From Vicugna vicugna (Eukaryota), in contig MU061578.1 in assembly GCA_013265495.1 (NCBI GenBank), positions 2,737,308 to 2,801,307 of the forward strand: DNA of 64,000 nt, written 5' to 3'. The translations under genes were made by a program, and so were the position numbers. The notes beneath the pieces were generated by a model. That model was not told the DNA's origin and did no database searches. It worked only from the letters and a program-made list of their open reading frames with translations. Below are positions 10,629-22,000 of this stretch, in pieces (within the stretch, counting starts at the first letter, position 1; every line of letters starts with the position of its first letter).

Positions 10629-11560
10629 CTTCGTTCCTTCAGGACCAAGACTCAAATGTCATATGTCAGGTGTTTCTACCCTACTCAGAGGATTTATGCA
10701 ACATCTCATACCCAGAAACTTAATTTTGGGTAAAAACACAGCAATAGCCATAGCATACCCCCTTTATTTAAATCAAGTGTTGATGGAATAAAACACAATC
10801 ACTTTTTGTCAGATCCTGTGCTCACGTGGTCCTGGTGGACAAAGAACAGATGAGAGAATAAATGCATTGAGTTAGAATTAATTCTCCTCTCTTGTTCTCA
10901 TACCTGAGTAGGGCTCATGTGTTTCTCATCTGAAAGGGGTAATAAGATTTCATCTGTGCCCCTCATCTACCTTCTGCAAGCATATTTAACAAATTAGCTC
11001 CCAAGATGCTTCCACATGGAGTTTTATTAGAGACATGTAAACATGTTAGACTTGGAACACAGTTCAAACTCCAGAAGCAGTACCATGCCTTTCACTGAAG
11101 ACACAATAAGGTCAAATGGAAGTAATTTTTTCTTTTTTTTCCTCATCCCCACTGCTGTACCACCCCACCACCCCCAGGGGCTCTCTTACTCTTCTTCTGG
11201 ATTCCTTTCCTTGCCAAGTCAAAACTCCCACTGTGAGCCCTCACAGTTCCATGTGCTCACTGGCACAATACATATTACCATTGTGCTTCTATATTTATCT
11301 GCGTGATAATTAGTTCAATGCCCACTTCCCCATGAGACCCTGAGCCCCTGGAGGGCAGGAATCACTCCTGGTTTTTCTCACTGTTGCATCCGCAGCGCCT
11401 GACAGTGCCAGACACATAGCTGGTACTTATAAGTATTTGGTGAACAAAAGACTCTGTGGATGGATTAGGGACAGACCCAAGGACTGGGGGAGCCAAGGTC
11501 CGGCTTTGTGTTGGCGGTCATTGAGAGGACGATGAAACGGAGGGTAATCATCATTAAATC

Positions 11561-12424
11561 TGTTACACCTGTAGCCTGCCTTCACCACTCAATCTCGCTT
11601 TAATTATTGCTACAAAAGACTTGCAGGTCCTCAGATATCATGTAGCCTAAACAATAGGATGTTTGCCCGGGTTGTTTTCCAGGAACTTGGGGTCAGCTGT
11701 GTCCACTTCCAGCCGGTTAAGACTGGTTAGGACCACTGGCTGTCCAACTGGGCGTGCCTGAGTGTCTGCTAGGTGACCTTTTTATGTCAGACGGTCAAAA
11801 ACTCCATCCTTAGAAATGCTATTTTCTGGACAAGGGTCCCTTGAAGATGCCTGTAGCTTAGTTGCGCCTGCGAAAACGATCATTACCTCACCTTTTTATT
11901 TCCCATCACCTTACCCCACAACCCCGCATTCCAGAACGCCCTGCTTCTTTATCCCATAACTAGGAGGGAGGGAGGGCAGACCTGAGGTTCATCCTTTGGT
12001 CTCCTCTCGTGGCTGTCCCGTGAATAAACCCTTTCTCTGCTACAAACCGCGGCGTCTCAGCGTTTGGCTTGCTGCACGTCTGGCAAAGGAACCTGGCTGA
12101 CCCCGGAGCTTGACCCGGGGAACCAAAGGCTCCTCACCCCTTCCCCGTCCTCGGAGTGTACTTCTGCCCACTGTTCCACGGCAGGATCTGTTTCAAGAAT
12201 GCAGCCCTGAGAGAGGAACGTGATGTGGACACCACCGGACTGTGTGCTGACTGGATCCCATTAAGGCCCGGATATAACCTCTTAAGATTCTGGCCGGCGG
12301 ATGCGGACAAGTCTTGCAAGTAAGGTCATTTGCTTATCAAAACCGCCACCCACCAATCTGGGGGGGGGCCTGCTTCTTGGGTCTCTCCTTGCCCTCCGTG
12401 TCCGGGGCACTTTGCAAACCAACA
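11561..12424 (+). mobile_element. ERV LTR-derived sequence (probably two adjacent solo LTRs) upstream of EEF2KMT
   Basis: Starts TGTTA; AATAAAccctttctc followed by U5-like ggcttgctgca...ggcaaa; second block ends aaaccaaCA. Confidence 0.6.
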
Positions 12425-12439
12425 CCTTTACCTGAGGGC

Positions 12440-13320
12440 ACTTTTCCAAGGACAGAAAGGGCAGCGACGGCCTGAGCCCACCGGCCCTGAGACCTGAGGA
12501 GACCTGAGGAGGCAGCGGCCGTCAGGCTCCCTCCCGCCCCGGCGCATTCCACAGGGGTGAGCGGAAGGCGAGGAAAGGCTGACTGGACGACGCGTCTGCC
12601 CATATGGCCTCTGCCAAAAAGACCCTCGAGGTGTTGGAACAGCGAGAAAGATTACCTGGCCCTCGGCCTGACTGGACGCTCGCCGGGAGCCTTCGCTGCC
12701 CCGCCCAGAGGAACCTGGCGCCAAATCCTGACTCCGCCCACCGAAGCCCGGTCCCGCCCCTTCCCGACCCTGGGCCCGCCTCCCAGGGCCCCAGGCAACG
12801 CCTAGGCTGCTGCCTCCTCAGCACCTCCTCTCGCGCCACCTGCTGGCACCGCCTCCTGAACCCTGGCTCCCTCCCCAAGCCCCGCCTCCTGAGCTTGGCG
12901 CCAGGCTCGACACTCCCAAGACCCGCCTGTCCCCGCCCAAGGCCTCGGACCGCCTCCAGGCGCAGCCCGGCTCCCGCCCCGTCTCCTGGGCAACGCCGCG
13001 GCCCCGCCCCACCATGGCGCCGGAGGAGAACGGTGAGGCCGCACGCTTGCTGCGGAGTTTCGAGCGCCGCTTCCTGGCTGCGCGCGCACTGCGCTCCTTC
13101 CCCTGGCAGGTGGGCGGCGGGGAGCGCGGAAAGCGGATAGGGGGCACTGGGGGTTCGGGGTAGGGAAGGGGCTTGAGCGCACACACAGCCCCCGCCCTCC
13201 TTGCCACGTGACGGCCTCTGCTCCTTCGCGGATCGGGGCTGCACATCCGGCCCCCGGGGCATCGCCTGGGCCCGCGCAGGCTGGCGGCGGGGAGCCAGAG
13301 GTCCACCTGCGCGCCCTTGG
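12440..13320. promoter_or_regulatory. EEF2KMT CpG island promoter
   Basis: CpG-dense; several CCGCCC GC boxes; E2F-like TGGCGCCAAA at ~12716; X-box-like GTCTCCTGGGCAAC at 12981-12994. Confidence 0.85.
13014..13109 (+). CDS. EEF2KMT: EEF2KMT exon 1
   Basis: Kozak accATGG; MAPEENG...FPWQ|gtgggc. Confidence 0.96.
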
Positions 13321-16300
13321 GCCCACCCTATGCTCAGCCCTCAGCTTCCCCCTTCCTGGGCCCTTCTGTCTCTCCCCTGCTTTTTCAGACTGTATCTCAC
13401 GAATTGAAGGAATGAGGGGTTTCTTCCCAGCTCCCAAGTTTTAGGATCATGACAGTTCATGACTTTTTTTTGAGCCAGTTACCATCCTGGCCACTGGGTA
13501 ACAGCTGTTGCTGCTCACTTAAACAGTCAACATCCCCAGGAGAGCGGGTGACCACGCTGCATCGAGTGCAGTGACCAGAACACAGACCCCCTCGGGCCTC
13601 GCTGTTCTCTTATGTATCAGCAGCATTGGACAAAATCCTCTCAGAAGCAGCTGATGGAAGAGAGGGAGGTACAAAACAGGCCAGAAAAAAGAGGAAAGAG
13701 CGCACCTCCCTGGTCCGGGGACCTGCCGTTCCCACACAGGCACCTGGCCGAGGCAGCAGCTTCCTTCTGCCAAGGCAAAGGCTCCAGTGACACTGCCTCC
13801 TTTATAATTTATAATTCACCTGCGGTGAGCTCACTGGGATGACTCAGTTTGGACACATATTCCTCCCTAGGTCTGCCCCCTCTTTAAAGTAGTGGTTAGT
13901 CATTTGTGTTCTTTCATTGACATATATAAACCATTTTGCATTTTGGGAGATCATTTCCCATCAGAAAGGAGTATGTACATTTTTAACCCCAAATTTAAAC
14001 CTCATAACAGCATCCATGGGTCCCAATTCAGTATTGACTATAAATGTTCACATGAAATGGGTACTTACTGTGAACCAGGCCCATGCTAACGGCTTGCTTA
14101 GGCTCACCCACAGCACCCATGTGGTGGGGGCTCTTATCATTGGTTTGACTAGAAAAGAAGTTGAGAGCAGCATTGGAAAGCTCAGACCCGGGAGACTGCT
14201 TGCTTTGAACCCTGGCCCCACCCTACACAGCTGTGTGACCTGGGGCAAGTGACTTCATCTCTCTGTGCCTTCATTGTCTTATTAGTAAAACAAGGGGCTA
14301 TTTCAGGATAATGTGAATGTGTTAGCTAGTGTTTTTATTCTGTCACCAAATGTTTACTGAATGCCTTCCACAAGTCAGGCACCAAGATCAGCAGCGAACA
14401 GACAAGGCCCTGCTCAGATGGGAGAGCCAGAGAATAAACAAGCAAATGAATAAACAAGAAAACACAGGGAGCAGACAGTGGTTGTAAAGTCAATACAACA
14501 GGGAAATGTATCAAAGTAGGGGAGTCAGGAAGGCATCCCAAGGAGGTGACATAGGAGCTGGGATCTGAACAGTGAAGCAGTCAGCCTGTTGCAGGAGCAC
14601 TTCGAGAGCAGGGAGTACAAAGAATGAGCTGCTGCAAAGAGGCCAGTGTGGCTGGAGTGGAGGGAGCAGGGATAGGACGGGTGGTGGCAGTTGAAGTCAG
14701 AGAGAGAGAGGCCTGGCCAGGTCTTGGAGGCCTATCAGGGCATGTCAAGGGGCTCAGGAGAAATGAAATGAATTGCCTGGTGTCACATCAGCCAGGCCAG
14801 GCTGCCTGATTCTGGAGCCTGAGCTCACTGCTGGGCTGGAGTCCCCTGTGAGAGAGGACAGCATAATGGACCTGGCAGCTACACGTTCTATATGTCCATT
14901 TTAATTCAGGTGTCAAGTCCAGAGCAAGCCCATCTGTTGTTAATGCCTTGGCTCCCCACAAAAGTCCTGGCTGACCAGTTCAGCCACAGAGCTGGTCTGT
15001 GACCCAGGCGAGGCTAAGCTGCCAGAGCTAATGCAAACCAGGAGTCTGTCTTCTGACGTTCTTTCTCTGACTCATCCAGGTGTAACCTGGAACTTCTCAA
15101 GGTCAGGCATTCAGCTGCCTGTGGCTTCCACTTCATTTGGCCCCAGGTCCCTGGGGAGAGATCACTTAGCACTTTTGCTAGCATGTCCTATTGCATGTTT
15201 AATGTTCCTGCGATTATGCCCTTGAGATTTCTCTCTGCCCCTCTCTCTCTGAATAGAGCCTAGAAGAGAAATTAAGGGACTCATCAGGTTCTGAGCTGCT
15301 GCTGAATATTTTGCGGAAGGTAAGAATCACAGAATCGCTGAAACACATCACTGGCCTGATTTGCCCATGAAGACATAACACAAATGGTGGGTGCACGTGT
15401 ATCCTTTAAAAACAGAGACACTGCATCTGGGTGTCAGCACCTGAGACAGCTCCAGCTCTTTTGTTTTCTTAGATGAAGACATCAGAATATACGTAATCTG
15501 CATGAGAAGAGGGAATCTGGGGGATTTTTTTTTAACTGTCCACAGAGAAAATGGAGATGACAGCTGTAGGAACCTCTAGAATTCGTTAGCTGCTCAGAGA
15601 CTTTTTTTCTTTATATTTAAGGGGGAAATAAGGAGGCAAGTCTTACCCACCCCTGTGTCTTTTCTAGACGTGGATGGGCTCCTGCCTTTTGCAAGTGGGG
15701 TTTAGACTCTAAGACACATGTGGGTGCTGGGTAGAGGCAGGACCATCACTCTGCCTGGCCTGTCCCACCCTGTCCCTGGCCATGTGCATCAGGTAAGGAT
15801 CACACTGCATCCCAGCTCTCTACTGTCTTAAGGGTCCTGAATCCTTCTGAAAATCCAAAATTACGGTCTCTCCCCCTAAGAGAAAAATGCATGGGAGTTA
15901 CACACACCCCTGCAACCACCAATCCTGTCCAGAGAGCCCAGGTTAGAATTCCTGTATGGAGGGTGAACCAAGAGTATCCGTCCGACCACTGAGTAGAGAA
16001 GAGATGGCCGCAGCCAAGGAAGACTCCCAGGGCAGTCCAGCCATCCAGGACTGTGAGCTTCGACATCTCTGAGGCCATTGTCTTGCAGCCTACCCTGATT
16101 TTCACCCTGAGGATAAAACCTAACAGTGGCCAACTAGAAAGCCCCTGAAGAGTTGCCTGGGCATTTTGTTGCTCTTGAGTAAAATCGTGTCCTTCCAGCC
16201 AGCAGGCCCCATGTGACCTGGCCCCTACTCTCACTGCTCCTGTCCCCTGCCTGGAACTCGCTCCTGCTGCTCTCTGCTTCTCTAGGCTTCAGCGGAAGTG

Positions 16301-18996
16301 TTTCCCTGAGAGCCCGCATCCCCCTCCACAGCATCCCAGGCAGAGCCCACCTTCCTCTGTCCAGCTGGGGATGTGAGGACCAGGAGGGCCAGTGCCGAAT
16401 CTGCCTTGTCTGCACCAGTTGGATTCTCACCTCTTCCAGAGAGCCAGGCAATCTCACATTTGTCCTCACCTACAAACTCTAGTTCCTGCTGGCTGCCCTG
16501 GGAAAGGATATCTTAGTACTGCTCTAACAGAATACCATTGACCGGGTGGCTTATAAACAAGAGGAATTTATTTCTTACAGTTCTGGAGGCTGGGAAATCC
16601 AAGATCAAGGTGCCAGCAGATTCAGTGTCTGATGAAGGCCCACTTCCTGGGTCATAGACGGCCATCTTCTTGCTGTGTCCTCACATAGCAGAAGGGGTGA
16701 GGGAGCAATCTGGGTCTCTTTTATAAGGGCACTAATCCCATTTGTGGGGGCTTTACCCTGATGACCTAATCATACCCCAAAGGCCCCCACCTCCTGATAT
16801 CATCATATTGGATGTTAGAGTCAACATGTGAATTTGAGGTGTACACAAATATTCAGTCTATAGCAGGGTGTTAGCTTGAGTCCATATGCCCCACATTCCT
16901 GCCCAGAAAGGGCATTAGAAACACTGCCACAGTCTGTGACACTGTGGTAGAGAAAATTTTTTTATGAAAGGGCTTATATCTTAAGACTTACTCTCAGATG
17001 TGTGAGGGTCACCTAAGGCTAGAATTCCAGGGATCGGGTAACGGGCTTGCCCTATATTCACTTAAAGCTCAGAGGAGACTTAAGGAGGAGTCTTTCCACC
17101 AATACACACTGTTCCTTGTCACAGACCGTGAAGCATCCTGTGTGTGTGAAGCATCCACCATCAGTGAAATATGCCCGGGGCTTTCTCTCAGAGCTCATCA
17201 GAAAGGTTAGTGATGGGCACTGTCCGTCCGGTAGCCAGGCAGCGTCTGGGACTTGGCTGGCTCTCTAGAAGTGGGCTTTGCCTGCTCTGCAGACCCCATA
17301 TAGCAGTGGGCTCCCTGGGCAGCTGCTCCCAGCTGGGTTCCACCAGTAACTTAATCCTCTTGCTGAAGCTCTCTCCTTGCCCGCCCCCAGCACGAGGCTG
17401 TTCACACAGAACCTTTGGACGAGCTGTACGAAGCACTGGCGGAGGTCCTGACAGCCAAGGAGCCCACCCAGTGCCACCGGAGCTATCTACTGGTAGGAGA
17501 TATGCGCCCTCCTCCCCACACAGAGTTCATCCAGGCTCCAGTCAGCCTCATGTGGGTTCAAATCCTATCTCATCAGCTCTGTAGTCTTAGATGAGATCAG
17601 TTAACCTTCCTGAGCCTCAGTTTCCTCATCTGTAAACTAAACTAAGCATTTCAACAAATAATACTTGTCTTATGAGGTGGCTGGGGTTAAATCAGGTAAT
17701 GCATGTAAATTGCACAGCAGGGATCTGGTGCTCAGACCTCAATAAGTATTTGATGGATGGATATTACTTGATGGCAGTCTCTTCCCACTGTCCACTGCCA
17801 CCATCCTCAGCAGCCTGACAAATCCCATGGCCTTCTGACTGGTCTTCTGGCTCCTTGCCCCACAAAAATCCATTCTGCACACAACACTTTTTGTTTTGTT
17901 TATTCTTTAACCTTTTATTATAAAATAAAACATAGATACAGAAATCGACCCAAAAGAATTAGATAGATTACTGAATTGTTGCAAGGCGGCCACCATGGTA
18001 ACCATGCCAACCTAGTCAAGGACTTCGGCAGCCAGCCCACAAGGGCCCCCTCTGACCCATCTCCATCCCAGCCGTCCCTCCCTGTAAAAGTAACCACCAA
18101 TTCCCTTTCAGAGTAATCACTCTGAGGTCTTATCACTGCCACATGTACCTCTGGACACCTGCACTTGGATTTGCCCGTTAACTAGGTTGGGCTCAGGACA
18201 TCCCTTCACCCGTAGTTCCCACCAGCTCTTTCTCCTCGTAGCAGTTCCTCTACTGAACAGCCCTGGCAGTTTGGCCTGGACCACTTTCCACAGGGCAGGC
18301 TTTTGGTTGCACACACATGGTGCTGTTCAGCTTATTCCACCATCCTCTGTTTCCTGCAAATTGGGAGCTGGAATAAGAGGCCGTCTAGACTCATGTCTGT
18401 CTGATCCCTTTGTCAAGAACACAGTGTGGGGTTCTAGAAGGCATATCATCTGTTTTTGTTCCCTTCATGGTAGCAGTTGTGGATGCTCAAAGCTTATACT
18501 CATTAGTTCATTGGAGGATGCAAAGGGGTGATTTTCTTTCTTTCTTTTAATTAAAGTACAGTTGATTTACAATGTTGTGTTAGTTCCTGGTGTACAGCAT
18601 AGTGTTTGAATTATACATATGTATATTCTTTTTCATGTTCTTCTTCATTATAGGTTATTATAAGATATTAAATATAGTTTCCTGTGCTATATAGAAGGAC
18701 CTTGTTGTTTATCTATTCTGCTCAGAGTAGTTTGTATCTGCTAATCCCAAACACCTAATTTATCCCTCCCCCCTCCTTTCCCCTTTGGTAACTATAAATT
18801 TGTTTTCTGTCTGTCTCTTCCTGTTTTGTAAATAAGTTCATTTGTGTCATTTTTTTTAGATTCCATATATAAGTGATATCATATGATATTTGTCTTTCTC
18901 TGTCTGACTTACTTCACTAAGTGTGATAATCTCTGTGTCCATCCAAGGCAAATGGCATTATTTCATTCTTTTTATTGCTGAGTAGTATTCCATTTT

Positions 18997-19034
<38 letters not shown>

Positions 19035-22000
19035 TACACTCACACACCACAGCTTCTTTTTTTTTTTTAACATTTTTTATTGATTCATAATCATTTTACA
19101 GTGTTGTGTCAGATTCCAGTGTTCAGCACAATTTTTCACTCATTCATGGACATACACACACTCATTGTCACATTTTTTTCTCTGTGATTTATCATAACAT
19201 TTTGTGTATATTTCCCTGTGCTATACAGTGTAATCTTTTTTTTTCTTTTTTCTTCCAGTTTTATTGAGATATAATTAACATATAATGCTGTGTAAGTTTA
19301 AGATGTTCAGCATAATGATTTGACTTAATGTTACGTCATGAAATGATGACCACAATAAGTTTGGTAAATATCTATTATCTCACACAGATACAAAATTAAA
19401 GAAGTTAAAGAAAATTTTCCTTGTGATGAAAACTGTTAGAATTTACTCTCTTATGTTCATGTATTACATATAGCAGTGTTAGTTACATTTTTTTTTACAT
19501 TTTTTATTGATTCATAATCATTTTACAGTGTTGTGTCAAATTCCAGTGTTCAGCACAATTTTTCACTCATTCATGGACATATACACACTCATTGTCACAT
19601 TTTTTTCTCTGTGATTTATCATAACATTTTGTGTATATTTCCCTGTGCTATACAGTGTAATCTTTTTTTTTCTTTTTTCTTCCAGTTTTATTGAGATATA
19701 ATTAACATATAATGCTGTGTAAGTTTAAGATGTTCAGCATAATGATTTGACTTAATGTTACGTCATGAAATGATGACCACAATAAGTTTGGTAAATATCT
19801 ATTATCTCACACAGATACAAAATTAAAGAAGTTAAAGAAAATTTTCCTTGTGATGAAAACTGTTAGAATTTACTCTCTTATGTTCATGTATTACATATAG
19901 CAGTGTTAGTTACATTTTTTTTTACATTTTTTATTGATTCATAATCATTTTACAGTGTTGTGTCAAATTCCAGTGTTCAGCACAATTTTTCAGTCATTCA
20001 TGGACATATACACACTCATTGTCACATTTTTTTCTCTGTGATTTATCATAACATTTTGTGTATATTTCCCTGTGCTATACAGTGTAATCTTGTTTATCTA
20101 TTCTACAATTTTGAAATCCCAGTCTATCCCTTCCCACCCTCTACCCACCCCACCAGTAACCACAAGTCTGTATTCTCTGTCCATGAGTCTATTTCTGTCC
20201 TGTATTTATGCTTTGTTTTTGTTTGTTTTTGTTTTTTAGATTCCACATATGAGCGATCTCATATGGTATTTTTCTTTCTCTTTCTGGCTTACTTCACTTA
20301 GAATGACATTCTCTAGGATCATCCATGTTGCTGCAAATGGCATTATGTTGTCCGTTTTTATGGCTGAGTAGTATTCCATTGTATAAATATACCACATCTT
20401 CTTTATCCAGTCACCTGTTGATGGACATTTAGGTTGTTTCCATGTTTTGGCTATTGTAAATAGTGCTGCTATGAACATTGGGGTGCAGGTGTCATCCTGA
20501 AGTAGATTTCCTTCTGGGTACAAGCCCAGGAGTGGGATTCCTGGGTCATATGGTAAGTCTATTCCTAGTCTTTTGAGGAATCTCCACACTGTTTTCCATA
20601 GCACCACAGCTTCTTTATCCAGTCATCTGTCAGTGAACCTTTAGATTACTTCCATGTCTTGGCTATTGTATGTAGTGCTGCTGTGAACCTTGGGGTGCAT
20701 GTATCTTTTAGAATTAGAGTTTCCTCTGGATATATGCCCAGGAGTGGGATTGCTGGATCATATAGAAACTCTATTTTTAGTTCCTTAAGGAATCTCCTTA
20801 CTGTTTTCCATAGTGGCTGCGCCAAATTACATTCCCACCAGCAGTGTAGGAGGGTTCCCTCTTCTCCACACCCTCTTCAGCGCTTATTGTTTATGGACTT
20901 TTTAATGATGGCCATTCTGACTGGTGTGAGGTGATACCTCACTGTAGTTTTGACTTGCATTTCTCTGATTAGTAGCAATATTGAACATCTTTTCATGTGC
21001 CTGTTGGCCATCTGTGTGTCTTCATTGGAGAAATGTCTGTTTAGATCTTCTGCCCATTTTTGGATTGAGTTGTCGGTTTTTTTGTTATTAATCGTATGAG
21101 CTGTTGTATATTCTGGAAATTAAGCCCTTATCCATCTCATCATTTGCAAATATTTTCTCCCAATCCATAGGTTATCTTTTCATCTTGTTTATAGTTTCCT
21201 CTGCTGTGCAAAAGCTTAAATGTTTGCTTAGATCCCATTTGTTTATTTTTGCTTTTATTTTTATTGCCTTGGGAGACTGACCTAGGAAAACATTGCTATG
21301 ATTTATGTCAAAGAATCTTCTGCCTGTGTTGTCTTCTTGGAGATTTATGGTGTGCTATCTTATGTTTAAGTCATTTTGAGTTTATTTTTGTGTATGGTGT
21401 GAGGGAGTGTTCTTACTTCATTGATTTACATGCGGCTGTCCAGCTAAAAAGGTGATTTTCTGATTCTGTAGTTTTGTTTTCATTCATAAGCTGGAGAAAT
21501 TTTATAAGGAGATGCCTTCTTTCATCCATATTTGTTTACCTACTCATACAGCTCATAGAGGAAAGGCAGGATTCTTTCCTTTTCAAGATAGTGAATGGGT
21601 TTCCTATCATTCCCAGTAGAGCTTCAATCCATAGCAAATTGTGTCATTATTGAAGCTCAAAATGTGCTATTTTCAGCCACTTCAAATATGCTTCTGAGCC
21701 CTTTTGTATCACCTAATAGTTTTCTCGCTTTACTTTATGTCAAGCTTTTCCAAACTCATATGTTTCCTGCCCATACCAGGCATCAGCCAAGTCTTCAAGA
21801 AGCGCTAGTGTCAGGGGGTCAGAGGGATAAATTAGGAGTTTGGGATTGGCTGATACAAACTATTGTGTACAGAATAGATAAACAACAAGGTCCTACTGTA
21901 TTAGCACAGGGAACTATATTTAATATTGTATAACAACCTATAATAATGTTAAAAAGTATATATATATAATACATATATATAACTGAATCATTATGCTGTA

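Larger units (their letters stand above)
18538..21445 (-). mobile_element. 5'-truncated L1 (host element) containing a nested younger L1
   Basis: L1 3'UTR and ORF2 C-terminal sequence; TSD core ggtgattttct at 18527-18537 and 21451-21461. Confidence 0.9.

Noticed and set aside
12428..13444. Long overlapping ORFs (up to 246 aa) around EEF2KMT exon 1
   Set aside because: Stop-poor GC-rich CpG island; low-complexity P/G/R/A translations with no family signal.
19066..20090. Repeat-spacer-like periodicity (also 8416-8510) as a CRISPR-like array
   Set aside because: Mammalian DNA; the units are L1-derived or degenerate tandem copies with no unique spacers and no cas genes.
20236..20607. 123-aa ORF (also 57716-57946)
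   Set aside because: L1 ORF2 C-terminal remnants, not host genes.
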